A stretch of DNA of 64,000 bases from the human T2T-CHM13v2.0 reference genome, Homo sapiens: assembly GCF_009914755.1 (NCBI RefSeq), contig NC_060939.1; one strand, 5' to 3'. Positions 14,959 to 30,869 of this stretch are shown one piece after another. The number at the start of each line of letters is the position of its first letter. Position 1 is the stretch's first letter. The position numbers were made by a program, and so were the translations under genes. Under the pieces are notes generated by a model. That model searched no databases and had not been told where the DNA came from. It saw only the letters and a program-made list of their open reading frames with translations.

Positions 14959-16666
14959 TTTTGAGAATTTCTCTTTGACTCATGGATTATTTAGAAACAT
15001 GTTATTTACTTTCCCAGTGTTTGGAAATTTTCCTGTTACCTTTCTGTTACTGATTTCTAGTTTTATTCCATTGTGGTCAAATAATAGACTCTGTCTGATT
15101 TTAATCCTTTTAAATTCACTGAAGTTTGTTTTGTGTCCAATAATATGGTCTGTTTTGGTGAATGTTCCATGGGCACTCTTGAAAAAAATGTGTATTCTGC
15201 TGTTGTTGGGTGGAGTGTTCTTTAGATGTCAATTAGATTTTGTTGGTTGATGGCGTTGTTTAGTTCTTCTATAATCTTGCTGATTTTCTATCTAGTTATT
15301 CAAAATTGCTGAGAGAAAGATGATGAAATCCTCAAGTATAGTTTCATTGAGTATAATTTTTCTTTCAGTTTTATCAGTTTTTGCTTCAAATATTTTGAAA
15401 CTTTGTTGTTTGGTGCATACACATTTAGAATTCCTATGTCTTCTTGGTGGTAGAACTTTGCTCTATGTCTCCGATATTTTTCTTTACTCTGAGGTTTACT
15501 TTATCTAATATGAATGTAGCCACTTCTTTTAAAAATTACTATGAAATATATTATTAGCATAGTATATGTGTTTTCATCGTTTACTTTGAACCTGCCTACA
15601 TTATCATATTTGAGGTGAGTTTCTTATAGAGAGCATATGGTTGAGTCATGTTTTTAAAAAATTCATTCTGCCCATCTCTATCTGGTATATCAGTGTATTT
15701 GCTGTAATTTGACTATTTACATGAAAAGTAATTATACTAAATAATACTTCAGTTTTCCAGTTTTAAACTTATTTTGTCTTTAGTCTCACTTTTTTTTGTT
15801 CTGCTGTTTCCCTTTTCTTGCCTTCCTGTGGGTTACTTGAATTTTTTTTTTAAGATTGGATGTTGATTTTTCTATGGGAGTTTTCATTTTCTCTCTCTCT
15901 CTCTCTGTCTCTCTCTATTTCTCTCCCTGCCTCTCCCCTTCCTGCTTTATCTTATTAAAGTCTACTGATACCAACTTTACCACCTCACTTAGTGTAGAAA
16001 CCTTACCTCTATTTAGGTCCCCTTATTCTTTACCCTTTTGAATATAGCTGTCTTAATATGTCCTCAATATAGTTTGAGCACCACATCAGATGACATAATT
16101 TTTGTTTCAACTGTCAAATACGTTTAACAAACTCATAAGGAGAAGGATATTCTATTATCTTCACCCCTATTTTTGCCCATTAATTGTTGTTTCTTCCTTC
16201 CAAGAGTTTTGAAGCCATCTTCTGTTATTTTATCCTTTCTTTTTGGAACACTTCTTTTATCTCTTCTTTAATGGTAGGCCTTCTGGTGACAAATTCTTAG
16301 TTTTGCTTCATTTGAGAATGTCTTGATTCCAGAAGGATATTTTTGCTGGATATAGAATTATAGGCTAAGAGTTCCATCTCTTTTTTAGCACTTGAAACAC
16401 GTTGTGCTACTGCCTTCTGTCTCTGTGGTTTCAGATGAGAAATTTAATGTTATTCAAATTGTTTTTTTCCTGTAGGTAATGCATTGTTTCTCTCTAGCTG
16501 ATTTTTAGATTTTTGTTTGTCCTTAGATTTGAAATGTTTAATAGTGATATATCTTCTTGTAGTTCTTTGGGTTTATGCTGTTTAGAATTCAGATTATTGA
16601 ATCTTTAGTTTTAGTCTTTTCCCCCAAATTGGGAAAATTTTAGCCATTATTTCTTCAAGTGTTATT

Positions 16667-16893
16667 TTAGGCAATATATATATTGCCTAATATATATATT
16701 ATATATATATTGTGTATATATATAACATTAATATATATGTATATATAATATATATTTATATATATTTATATAATATAAAATATAAATATATATAAATATA
16801 TATATAAAATATAAATATATTATGACCATATTATTGGATACAAAACAAACTTCAGTGAATTTAAAAGGAAATATATATTTTATATATATATAT
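16667..16893. repeat. AT-rich (TA)n tract containing a perfect 24-bp palindrome and a 46-bp inverted insert
   Basis: Read directly from the sequence; details in findings. Confidence 0.92.
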
Positions 16894-19081
16894 TTCTTCT
16901 CCTTTTTGTTCTGTGATAGTGAAAGTATCATATCCTTTGTTATTCTCCCATAGGCCTCGGATGTTCTGTTTATTTTATTTTCAGTATATTTTCTTTCTGT
17001 TGTTCATATTAAGTAATTTCTCTTGATTTTTGTTGAAGTATACTGATCTGTCATCTCAGTGTGCTAAAAACCTCTATCCAGTGAGGTTTTAAAAATTTTT
17101 TAAATTTAAGATATTGCGTTTTCAGTTCTGTAATTTCTATTTGGGTTTTAAAACATATCTTCTATTTCTTTTATGAGATTTTCTATTTTTTGTTTGTTTC
17201 AAGAGTGCTCATAATTGCTCATAGAAACATTTTTAAGATGGCTGCTTTAACATCATTGGCAGATAATTTGAACATCTGAGTTCATTTCAGTGTAGGTATC
17301 TGTTGATTGTCTTTTCCCATTTAAGTTATTTTCCTAATTCGTAGTATAAAAAGTGATTTTTAAATTATATCCTAAACATTTTGAGTATTATGAGACTCTG
17401 GATCTTATTTGATTCAATTTAAATCTATCTTCTATTTCAGCAGACAGTGATCATGTTTAGATCTAGTGTGTAGGTCCCTGCCTCCTTTCGTAGGCCATAA
17501 TTATAAGAGTTTAATTTTTAGTGCCCTGCAATGCTACTCTGATCTGCTTCATTCACATGCAGTGGTATTCCACACAGTAGTTCAGTTCTCAAACCTTTTG
17601 TATTGTTAATTCTGGTCAGTTTCATGTGTGAGTTGGTTAGGGGTCTGCCTAGAGCTTTATGTGAAGTTTTAAGGATTTCCTTTCTCCAGCTCCCTTCTCT
17701 CCAAGTTGTGCCTCCCCAGCCCCCACTCTATTTGTGAGGGAGAGGAGCACCGCCTGCCACCACTGGGTAAGGGTGGAAGTCCAGGCTTCTCACTTCATCT
17801 CAGCAGATATTGTCCAGCAGTGGTTAAGGGGAGTGTTACTCTGTGTTACCCATTATTACCAGGATTAAGGTGGGAGTCCAAAATCCTGACTTGGTCTTTG
17901 CTGACACCATGCCACCATTGGTGGGAGGGTAGCATGTCCCAGAGTGTCCACTACCATTTATTAGGGTGTAGAAATTCAGACTTTTCACTCTTTGCAGGGC
18001 AGGAGTTGGGGAAGGCATCCATGGTGTTTGGCTGATGTAAGGGGGTTATTGTCAAAAAGATGTTTGTTGTGCTGGGCTGTCTCCTAGTCCTTTGACTGGA
18101 GAGAGCAGGCTTTTATTTCCTTTTTGTCTCTGCTTGTTGGCATTTATGAGTTGCATTGTTCTCTAGCACACAGTCCAGAACATATGGAATGTGAAAGGAA
18201 AACCCAGTGAACCCACCACTATATTGTTCCTTAAGTTCTGAGGTTCCTAGCCAGTCTTTTCTCTTCTTTTTACTTTTCAGAGGCTCTTCTTATGATTGTT
18301 TGTGTGATTATGTCCAGGGTGTTTAGTTGTGTTTGGGTGATGGGCAAGGGGGACATGAGTATACACCATTTTGTCCATAATCCAAGATTCCTTTTTGTAA
18401 TCTTTGATAATTTCGATACTTTTACTAAGATATGACTAGGTCCTAATTTTTGATTGGCACACCTTAGTTGTTGTTTTTTTTTTTTTTGACTTAGGAATGT
18501 TTTCTTCTAGTATGTCTTTAAATATTTTTTCTTCTCTTTTAGTTTTTCTGTTCCCTTCTTTAAGAACATCAATTTTCCATATGTAGATATTGTACTGTTT
18601 AATCATCTTTTATAATTTTTGTGTTTTCCTTTTTATCCCTAATTCTCACACTGATCTGCTACTTAACTGACTTAATTTTCTGTAATGTAATTTCTGCTCT
18701 GTACCTTTTCTGGTGCTTTAAGACATTATTTCCTTTCATTATTTTTTTATACTAGCTCTTTTTTAAATTTCAAATTATTGTCTTAATAAGATATTGTTCA
18801 TGGTATTATTCATGTCTTATTTTTCAAAGGTCATGTTTTCTTTAATTTCCTTAAGAGTTCAAAGCAAATGTTATCCAAAATTTAGTTTATTTTCTAGAAT
18901 AAAAATTTAAAACATTTTCTCTTACAGATTACATTATTATTATTTTAATGCTACAGATTCTCGTAGTTTTCAAGTTGGTTTTATTCCTGTTTACATATTC
19001 TTCAATAAGCATTTGCAATAGCCCTATCACTATTTGCAGTATTCCCCAAACTTGGGAGGCACACTTTTCCTTGGATCTGAT

Positions 19082-19434
19082 ACCAGCTAGAATAGGCTAT
19101 ATCATGCTTCAGTAACAAATAATCAAAATATTTTAGTGACATAATACAGAAAGGATTTTTTCTTGTTCATTTACATATCTATCACATTTCTCCTCAGTGC
19201 TGTTGCCATCTGAAACATTGCAGATTTCCATGTCAGAGGAAAATAGAAAATGTGGCAAATTGGGTGCTTGATCTTAAAGACTTCTGAATAGAGGTGACAC
19301 GTCATTTATATTTTGTTAGTTAAAATAAGTCATGTGGACATACTTAACTTCAAAGGGATGGGGTCGTGCACTTCTATCATGGACCCAGGAGGAGAACTGA
19401 AAATATTTAGTGAGAAGCACTAATGGCTACCATA
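19082..19434 (-). mobile_element. Old MaLR LTR (MLT1K-like)
   Basis: CAGTAACAAAT..., AAGTCATGTGGACATACTTAACTTCAAAGGG and terminal GCACTAATGGCTACCATA. Confidence 0.7.
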
Positions 19435-22169
19435 GATCCACCGTTGTTTGCTTTTGTGCCCTAGAAATTCATCTTTAAGGTGATCAAGAATGGATTCGGG
19501 ATTAATGTTAGGCAAATATTTGCCAGCCTAGACATATCAATAGTTCTGGTTGACATTTCTCTGATTGGTTAGTGCCTGTGGATTAAATAGTTTGAATAGC
19601 ACTCTAAAAGGGCTGGCTGTGGAAGCTGGGGTCATGGACAGCCCTAACTACAGACTCACATTGGATGTGGTCGACTTGCTTTCCCAATTTCCCTAACTGC
19701 TGTCGGTGCATGGTAAGAGAAAGAGAGAGACCTCAAGTGAAGGTGTTCCCGTCTCCCCTGTGCCCTGTCATGGTCTTCAGCTGCTAACCCTCCATATCAA
19801 GGATACTTCTAGAATTTTATTTATTTACTCCCCATAACATTGCTCCTCTTTTCCTAAGAATGGACATTTAAAAATCTGTCCTTAGTGACTTCTTTTTTTA
19901 TTTGATCCTACCTGTACTTGATCTAGCAAAAACACCTTAAAATTTGTGTTGTGTAGTTGGCATTGTTTCCAATTTCAGAACTATTTTTGATATTCTCTTG
20001 TTCTGTTTTTCTTCAGTTGTTTTGGACAATTTCTGGCTAGAGACGCTTGGGTATCTTAGTTACCTGAATGCTGGCATCTTGACTCTGTGACCCTGGGAGA
20101 GGGCTCTTGGCTGTATGTAGCAGGCTTCTCTGTATTCTCTCTGGCATAATTTATGGTTGGCCAGTTGATTTAGAGACTCAGGGATGGGATAAAGAGAGCA
20201 TCAGAGATCATGGAGCCTGAGACAGACCTGCCCAAGGTTCACAGGACAAGTGAGGGTCAGAACTAATAGCAGATCTACACCTATAGCTCACCAGATGTCT
20301 TGTTCTGGAAAACCTGTGGTATCCAGACCAGAAGGTAGCAGGTAGGGGACTCTACTTGTCACACTACCTTAGATGCATTTACCTTTGCTCTTTCTCTGTC
20401 GTATGTCACTCTTTCACCATCCCATTCTTCTATTCCATGTCTTTTTATCCTTTTTCTCTGAGATATGTTAGGTCTTCCAGAAGAGCCTACCAATGTCACT
20501 CGTCCTTGCTGTTGGCACAAATGGCTGAGTAGATTGATGACTAGTATATTGGAAGAGGAACTAAGTTGGTGTCTCATGGGAGAACATTGGTGTTAAAGGG
20601 TAAGGAGATTCAGTGTTTGTTTATTGTACAAGGAAGCATGATAGTGCCGTAGTCTAAATAATACTAATTGGTGTTTCCCTTGGCTTGGCCTGAATCACAC
20701 TGTTTTCCTTAAATTTTCCATTAGAGAGCAGATGTCATCTAATGACTTTCCTACAAATGTTTGCTTTCTTAGAAGTGAGCTATGTTTATTTCTTCAGTTA
20801 CAAAAATGTGTTGTTTATAACTCGTAAAGAAATGTGACTCTATTCTGATTTGCCTCCCATTAACTTTTCTCCCTGGGTGATTACCCAGCCTATTGTCTGG
20901 TGGACTAAACTGCCTAGTGGTGAGAAAGACATCCCAGGCAGGCCATCAAAGCTTGCCTGATGTTTTTCAGAGGTTTAAGAGTACAAGGAAATTCACTTGG
21001 AAATATTTGGACTTTGGCCACAAATTCAATTTAAGGCATTGGCTCAACAAAACTGGTCATTCCTTTGAGCCAAGATGAAACCAGCATTAGTGGGGAGAAT
21101 GAAAGATGGTTGATACTTGCTCAGACCTTCTGTGTGCAGCCATGAAGATAGGTATTACTGAGTTTTTACTTTACCCTTGCATGTGGCTTGTTGTTTCCTC
21201 CAAATAGTGTGGCCAATTGTGTATTCAGGCTGTAGTCAAACTGAACTTGCACTGCTCCATGCTTTCCTCTTCTTATTTTCCCCTCCTCTCAGTCCTTCCG
21301 CCCTGCTCCTCTATTGTTAATCCTAGCTATCCTTCAACACTCAAGACATCCACAAAGTCTTTCCCAATCCTCCCACTGGCATACATCTCCCCGTTTTTGT
21401 ATCCCATCATGTAATTATTTCTACACATGTCTTTTCTCCTTCGTTGGACTTCCCATTTGACTTTTCTTCCCCATTCCTTGAGGTCTATGTCTATTTTACC
21501 TTTGGGCCCCTCACACAATCTAGAGCAGATCCTGGGACATAATGAAGACTCATTTGAGCATATGGTATCTGTCTGGAAGAAGTCCACGTCAAATTGAGGA
21601 GGTAAGTAGGCAACAGGACCTAAGTAGCAGAAAACAGTTCCTGGCAGCCTTGTTGCATCTGGAGTCCCTGTCCATCCAGTACTGTACCCGGCGCCTCCTT
21701 CACACCCTCAGTCTCTAAGGTCAGTAGCGCTCCATTCCATGGCCCTTTCCACACTTGTCTCATACTTTCAAAACCTGAGCTTCTCATATAGGAGCTGCTA
21801 TTGTTTTCTCATACAGCTGTGTTTTTCCCTAAGACATCTTAAAGATCTGGCTTAGGCTTTGACAGCCTGACACTTAATCATTTTGTTTTTGTTTTCTCAT
21901 TCTGCTTTTAGTAAAAACATTTATGTTTTCTCCCTTGCATAATAGTATTTTAGGCCATACATATGTCCCCGGCTAAAAACTTCACGTTGGTATTCCAACC
22001 TTAGAGCTTCATAGTAGATTTGAAACCTGAAGCAAAGATTACTTGTTTACAACCTATCAAGGATAACATTAATTTATCTTTTCAGCATCCTTGCTTATGT
22101 CTCATAGATATTATAAGTTTTTGGAGATTTCTGCTTAGTTTGTTAATAATTAAATGGATTAAATAAATA

Positions 22170-23545
22170 ATACAGACACACACATTTACCACTTCCCAGT
22201 TTGCAAAATAAAACTTTGTCAACACAAAACCCTAGCCACATTTTCCTTTTCCTCTCCCTTTTGTCTTCAGAGGAAATGACCATTCTGAATTTTAAGTTTA
22301 TAATTTCTTTCCTGTTCTTTATACTTTTGCTACATATTTCTAAACAAAATATACATTGTTATTTTGTACTTTTAAAACTTTATATAAATGGCTAGGACTT
22401 GAAGTTCCAGCCACTTGGGAGTCTGAGGGAGGAGGATCACTTGAGGCCAGGAGTTTGAGGCTGTAGTGTGCTATAGTTGTGCCTGTGAATAGCCACTGCA
22501 CTCCAGCCTGGGTAACATAGCAAGACCCCATCTCTAGGGAAAAAAAACAACCAAAAAACCCACTTTATATAAGACAATTATACTGTGAGTATTCTGTAAC
22601 GTGCTTCAATTACTGGGCATTATGTTAGTGAGATTATTCATGTTGTTAAATATAGTTTTAATTCATTTATTTTCACTGTTGTGTAGTATCTCACTGTATG
22701 AAGACATCAGAATTCTTTATTCTCCTGTTGTACATTTAGTTGTTTTCAATTTTGTTTTTTACAAACAATTCTATATATCTTCTTTATATATGTTCATTTT
22801 TCTAAGGTCTATACCTAGGAGTGGAATTGCTGGGGGAAATGATACACCCATCTTGAGGTTTACTAGCTTTTGGAAAAATTATTAGGTAAAATATGGCAAC
22901 AATGTATAGTTTAACTGAACAATTAAGAATCCTAGTTGTACCATATTATCTTCAGTACTTGATATTGTCGGGCTTTTTCTTTTTTGCCAGTTCATGGTTA
23001 TAAAATGGTATCTCTTCAGTATTATAATTTATATTGCCCTGATTACTAGTGAAATACCCATCTTTTCATGTTTACTGGCGTTTGCCTTTCTACTTCTGCG
23101 AATTGCTTATTCTTTTGCCCTTAAGGGTTTTTTTGTTTTTGTTTTTTCCTTCTTTTAGTTTATTTGTACACATCATTTATGTATTCTGGATACAAATTCT
23201 TTGTTGGTTATATACCTTTTCTCAGTCTTTGGCCTGTTTTTTTTATCTTTAATGGTGAACAAAAATGTTTATTTGTATTTATTGTAGTTTCTCTCTAGAA
23301 ATATAAGCTCTTGGACAGCAGGGCTTTTGGTCTCTTTTGTTCAGTGATGTATCCTAGGTGCCTGGGGCAGTGTGTGACAACTGTCAGATGTTCAGAAATA
23401 TTTGTTGAATCAGTGAATGGAAGGATGATTACTGATCTTGTCTCTTATAGTTTGCCTTTTTGTGTGTCTTTTTAAAGAAATCCCTTCTTACTTTGATGCC
23501 ACAAAGATTTCCTCTTATATTTTCTTCTAAATGTTTAACTTCATT
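22170..23545 (-). mobile_element. L1ME-type 3' fragment with nested FAM and an L2 tail (23280-23420)
   Basis: ATACCTAGGAGTGGAATTGCTGGG and AAAATGGTATCTC; L2 end AAATATTTGTTGAATCAGTGAATG. Confidence 0.7.
22390..22550 (+). mobile_element. FAM (fossil Alu monomer, 7SL-derived)
   Basis: Monomer retaining the 7SL-type GTGAATAGCCACTGCACTCCAGCC segment; TSD ACTTTATATAA at 22377-22387 and 22562-22572. Confidence 0.85.
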
Positions 23546-23599
23546 TGTTTTTCGCCCAAAGGAAAATTATTTTATATCCTGTATGGCTCTGGGAAGAGG

Positions 23600-23810
23600 A
23601 AATGAATGAGTTTTCCAATGGGCTGTGCCACATTCTAACTGTTATATTAGACAGCTCTCTTTACCTCCAGAACCTCATTTCTTTCCCTCTTTCTCAAACG
23701 GAGATGATACTAACTTCCTTGTGCAGGGTTGATGTGAGATTAATTTAGATAAACTATGCCAAGCATCTAGTAGATGCCTGGCATGTCGTAGTCATTTAAT
23801 AAGGTAGCTG
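23600..23810 (+). mobile_element. MIR SINE
   Basis: Core-like AAACGGAGATGATACTAACTTCCTTGTGCAGGGTTGATGTGAGATTAA...TGCCTGGCA. Confidence 0.7.
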
Positions 23811-24783
23811 TTTCTTCTTTCTCTTTTATCTTCCCTGAGGACAGCAAAATGAAAGTGAGGCCCCAGGAATATGAAACTGCCTTTCCCTGTGACTTCCCCC
23901 GGTACGTAGAGAAACCCCGCAATGGGCTCTTTCCAGCCTCTTGCTGGCAGCTAGCTCGTCCTCCCTCCTCCTTCCTCCTGGTCTGGCCTCTTCTCCACAG
24001 CCTGGGTTTCTGCCCTAAGCCAAGTAGCAGACGCCTCTCTTTTACAACCTGTCACAGACCTCTGAGTAGATGCAGGCAAGCAGCTACACCATTTTTCCTT
24101 CTGAACACTTAAAGACGCTTTTCATCAAAACTGAGCTGTTTTTAAAGAAGGGTATAGACCGGTTTTCTCACAAGCAACTTTGTGATTCATTTGCATTTCA
24201 CTTACTCCTGAACACAACCAATCATATCGGTCAGTGTTTTACTGTGGGCAGCGACTTGCTATGGGAGGGGACAAACAGATTTGTGGTAATGATGAGATAT
24301 CATCCAAGTGTCAGAAATAGATATAGTCACACTTTGAATTATGCTTGAGTTGCAGCTGCTAAAAATGGAAGAAATGGAAGAAACTTCATGTCTTGGATTA
24401 TGCACAACATTGCAGTTAGAACATTTGTGCTGTTTTATGGCTTCCTGCTCAGGAATCAAATGATTTAGTTGTTCAGTTTCATTGTGGGATTCTTCTATGT
24501 GGTGTTCTTGCAGTTAGGTCTTTTCACAGTGGTTTGAGGTTGGTGGCAGAGCTAATAATTGATGTGTGGGTGGGAGCCCTTCTTAGGTATGGAGTCTGCA
24601 ATGCCATGAGGTCTTGATTATTCCTTTGTGAAGCCCCTTTAGGTATCATCTCCTTAGTCTTGAACCAAAGACTGCATCTTGGTGAGTAAAATGTATTGGA
24701 AACACTTGCCTGACTTAAATCAGTGCCTTTCCTTCTCCTCAGAACTTTTAGGGAAGTAAGAACTACTCCAGGATCTTATATAG

Positions 24784-25433
24784 CAGCACTGTTCCATAAA
24801 AATGTAATGCAAGCCACATATATAACTGTACATTTTCTAGTAGCTGTATTAAAATAAGCTAAAAGGGGTGGGTTCAGTGGCTCACACCTGTAATTCCAGT
24901 GCTTTGAGGGGCTGAGGTAGGAGGACAACTTGAGTTGAGGAGTTCGAGATGAGTCTGGGCAACACAGCAGGACCCTGTCTCTACAAACAAACAAACAAAC
25001 AAACAAACAAACAGTTAGCTGGCATAGTGGAGGTCCTGTTGTCCTGGCTACTTAGGAGGCTGAGGTGGGGGAGTCCCTTGAGCCCAGGAGTTTGAAGTTG
25101 CAGTGAGCTATGATTGTACCACTGCACTTCAGCCTGGGCCGCAGAGTGAAACTCTATCTCTAAAATAAAATAAAATTAAATTAAGTTGAAAGTAACAAGT
25201 GAAAATTAATTTTAGTAACATATTTCATTTAACTTAATATATCCAAATATTATTTCAACATGTAATCAGTATGAAAATCCTAAATGAGATATTTTACATT
25301 ACTTTTTGTCCTACTAAGTCTTTTGAAATCAAGTACTTATTTTACATTTTCAGCCCATCTCAATTCAGACTAGCTGCATTTAGAATGTATGATAGCCACG
25401 TGTGTCTACTGGCTACTCTACTGAACAGTGCAG
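24784..25433. mobile_element. MER33-like hAT-Charlie DNA transposon split by an AluJ
   Basis: CAGCACTGTTC...GAACAGTGCAG inverted ends; internal ATTATTTCAACATGTAATCA and CATCTCAATTCAGACTAGC. Confidence 0.8.
24866..25183 (+). mobile_element. AluJ with (AAAC)n linker
   Basis: Dimer with GTGAGCTATGATTG; (AAAC)n at ~24984-25012. Confidence 0.92.
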
Positions 25434-25839
25434 CTCTTAGGACTTCCTGGGAAAAGGTGGGATCAGTATATCTTGCCCTATCTTGTTCCTTCCATCACTC
25501 AGACCACAGCTAGCTGTTACGTCCTCTGTCCTCTTTTGCTTGCAAGGAGATAACCAATGTAGAGTTTAATCTTTACATAGCCTACAGCTTCCCCCTCCCC
25601 GTTAACATACTGATAAGCTACATATGATTTCAAAATATCCTTCAATATTACTTCTTAGATTGTGTATGTGAAAGAATATGAAAGCAGCACACCTAGGGGG
25701 CCTAGCAGCCAGAAGGAGGAATAACAGGCCATATATCCAGAACAGATGGCTCTTATTGAAACAGTACTGATGGCGGGGATGGAGGAAAACTGGAACAGCC
25801 ACCAACTAAGAGTATGTAAGGAGATTCCACTACAGCCCA

Positions 25840-26450
25840 ACACCAGTTTTTTAAACTAAAAATCAAATGAGATTTTCCAAGCAAAAATTCAGTGGATGAG
25901 TTGAAGGAAAGCCAAGTGGAGGAAATACCATCTAACACAGTGGAAAACCACAAAGTGTAAAGCATGAGGGAAAAGCTAAGAGACTTGGAGAACAGTTTTA
26001 GAAGCCTTAACGTTCAAACAATAGAAGCAGCAGGAGGAAAGGAATGGATGGAGAAGGGGCAATAATGAAACAACTGTTAGAAAGTTTCCTTGAATGAAGG
26101 AAGACTTGTATCTCAAAGGGTGCACTCTCTGGCTTACAGTCAGGACTGATGAGAAAAGACGCATACTGAGACATATACTTAATCTGTAAAATTTCTAACT
26201 TCTAAGGAGGAAGATGAAAAGATTTCTGGAGTTGCCACATTATATTATTTAAACTCTCTAGTTTTCAACCAAACGTTATGAGGCACACAATGAAACAGCA
26301 AAGTGTGGCCCATAACATGAAAAGAAAGCCGTTAATAAAAACTGTCTTTTAGGAAGCCAGATGTTGGACATATTAGACAGATACTTTAGATCAGCTGTTA
26401 CAAATATGTTCAAAAACTCCAGATGAAAGAAAAGTAACTCATAATGGGAA
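25840..26450 (+). mobile_element. Old L1M 5'/ORF1 fragments
   Basis: AATTCAGTGGATGAGTTGAA and CAGATGTTGGACATATTAGACAGATACTTTA. Confidence 0.5.
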
Positions 26451-26703
26451 AACAATCTGATTGATAACAGACTCTTTTTTTTTTGCAATTCTTAATTCTA
26501 GAAAATAGTGAAATTATATTTATTTGTATATTTTTAACCTTTACGTTCTTTTATTCCTATGGAATTGTTTTAGGTGCATTGAGGGAGGATCTGTGTTTAC
26601 TCATTTTCCTCCTTATTTATCTATTGAGCTGAAGAATTTATTAAATAATTCACCACTTTCTCATTGATACAAAAAAAACTATCTAGTGTTAAGTATACAC
26701 ATG

Positions 26704-26710
<7 letters not shown>

Positions 26711-26748
<38 letters not shown>

Positions 26749-26757
26749 ACACACACA
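26711..26757. repeat. (CA)n microsatellite
   Basis: About 23 CA units with one interruption. Confidence 0.97.
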
Positions 26758-26764
26758 TGCCTGA

Positions 26765-28060
<1,296 letters not shown>

Positions 28061-28069
28061 TGTTATTTT

Positions 28070-28740
28070 GTTCTGGTTCATTTTCCTCTCAATCCTCATT
28101 GCCCCATCATTTGTCTCCTGGAATGTTACAGCGGCCTCACTAGTTTCCCTGCCTTCTGTATCACTTACCCTCCCATCCATTCTTCATAATAATAATTTCA
28201 CTTCTCTACTTAATATCTCTCCAGTGCTTCCTCAGGATGAACACGGACTTCATGGTCTGCCTTCCAGAGCCCCTTCAGGATCCAGCCCATGCCTACCTCT
28301 CCAACTTCTCTTCTCCCAACTTCCCCCACATTCTGAAATCCAGCTCTGCAGAGCTACACACCGTTCATGCAACTTGGACTGTTGCCCCCCGTCTCCTGTC
28401 CTTGCCTGTGTTGTTCATTATGCCCCTGTTGTTCTAGAAGATCTGTTCCTCTGTCCTCTCCATTTTTCTGGCTAATTCCTACTTGTTCTTTACATCTCAG
28501 CTTTGTGGTCATTGCCTCTGTAATGCCATGTGTGACACTTACGCTCCTGTGCCCCCCTAGCACTCTGTTCTTCCCTGTCTTGGATAGTCCTTGTCACATA
28601 GCTTCAGAATTGCCTATTTGCTTGTCTGTTTCTCATTCCACACCCAATCCCAGACAGTGAGTTCCATGGGAGCATGGAGTGTCTTGTTCCGTCTCTCATG
28701 GCTAGCACCAGACAAGACGCATGCTTGTACAGTAGTACTA
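28070..28740 (+). mobile_element. L2 fragment
   Basis: Pyrimidine-rich L2 text: CCTACCTCTCCAACTTC and GGCTAATTCCTACTTGTTCTT. Confidence 0.65.
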
Positions 28741-29567
28741 AGGCTTACATTAAAACCTTGCCTTTAGAACTTTGTGATTACAACAATCGTAATATCATAC
28801 ATTTGTACAGCTTCTTACAGTTTAAAGAACACTATCACATACATTATTTTAGGAAACTGAAGCCTTGGGAGCACAAATATGCCTTGTCAAAATATGCAAG
28901 CTGCCTCCTCTCACCAGTAGCAGTGGGGTGAAGAAATAAGCTAGGGTTCAATGTTGATTCTTTTATCGTGAGGTTATTCTACATTTTCCTTTTATCACTG
29001 AGCTGAGTGTGGCTCTATCTGAGGGCTCTTTGAGTCGGTGAAGGGGCACTGTGCAGTTTTTCTCTCCTGCGCCTCCTTTTGATTTAAGAAAATGCAATGA
29101 TTCTCATGACAAAGGATACCAGAGTTTTATTTTTTGACTGCTGGGTATTTTTCTCCTCAGGGAACTTTTTTTCTAAATTCACATCAATGGTATTACTTTG
29201 GTAATTAAGAAATATACAGTAGAGAGACAAAATTACTGCACCTTCATCCTCCTGCCTGGCTTTCCTTCCGCTGTGGAGAATTTTGGAGTTCATCTAACAC
29301 ATGTTGCCCACCTTTAGCAGTGTGGAGAGTAAGACCTGGAGACCTGAAAGGTCGTGTCAGGAGCCATATGGTCACTTTCTTGCAGAGGTGGGTTGGGCGC
29401 TTGGGCTCCCAACTGCAAGCCTGGCTCCCTTTTGAAATTTGAGCAGCCATCACCAATATATTATAACAGATGTCCAGTGTCTCCAAGTTTGTCTAGTTTG
29501 TGTGATTTTCCAAATATCTACTACTAATGAGTCCAATGTTTATTCAAACCCAAAACCAAGTTACATT

Positions 29568-29873
<306 letters not shown>

Positions 29874-30362
29874 GTCCAAGTGACATTTTAATGTCAAATA
29901 AATATAGAATGGTATGATGATGTTTTAAGCAACCAAAAGAAAAGTATTCATAATTCCATATATTAAGAAATTTAAAGTATACCTTAAAATATGCCAACTT
30001 AAAGTCAGAAACCTGTATTGCACCCAACACACTGCTTGGATCATAGACTGTAGTTTGCCTTCTTCTTTTTTTTTTCTTTTAACAAAAGATAGTATGTTTG
30101 TAACAGTTTTTTTTTCCTGCTGATTTATGACTCCAATATGGCTTTGTTACCATTGTATTGCAGGGGTTGATGTTAGCATCTTAATATTATAAAAACATCA
30201 CCTTTTGTTTTTAAGAAGTCTTTAATATGTTCTGCTAACCCCCAAGGATTTTTTTTTGTGGTTTATAGAAATGAGAGTGATGCCATTTTATATACATTGA
30301 ACAAAGACACCCTGACTCTAAATCTCTGTCTTCCTATCGTCTTGCTTGTTTAAGAGTTTTGA

Positions 30363-30869
<507 letters not shown>

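Larger units (their letters stand above)
11860..18380 (-). mobile_element. Long old LINE-1 (L1MC/MD age), ORF2 through 5' region, with nested insertions and deletions
   Basis: Colinear antisense L1 text throughout, e.g. TTTGTAAATATTTTCTCCCAGT, TTGAACCAGCCTTGCATCCCTG, TTTGCTGGATATAGAATT and TTTAGCCATTATTTCTTCAA. Confidence 0.85.

Noticed and set aside
21293-21607. Strong donor GAG|GTAAGT with a possible upstream acceptor
   Set aside because: Overlaps L2-like sequence, acceptor choice is ambiguous, and there is no other support.
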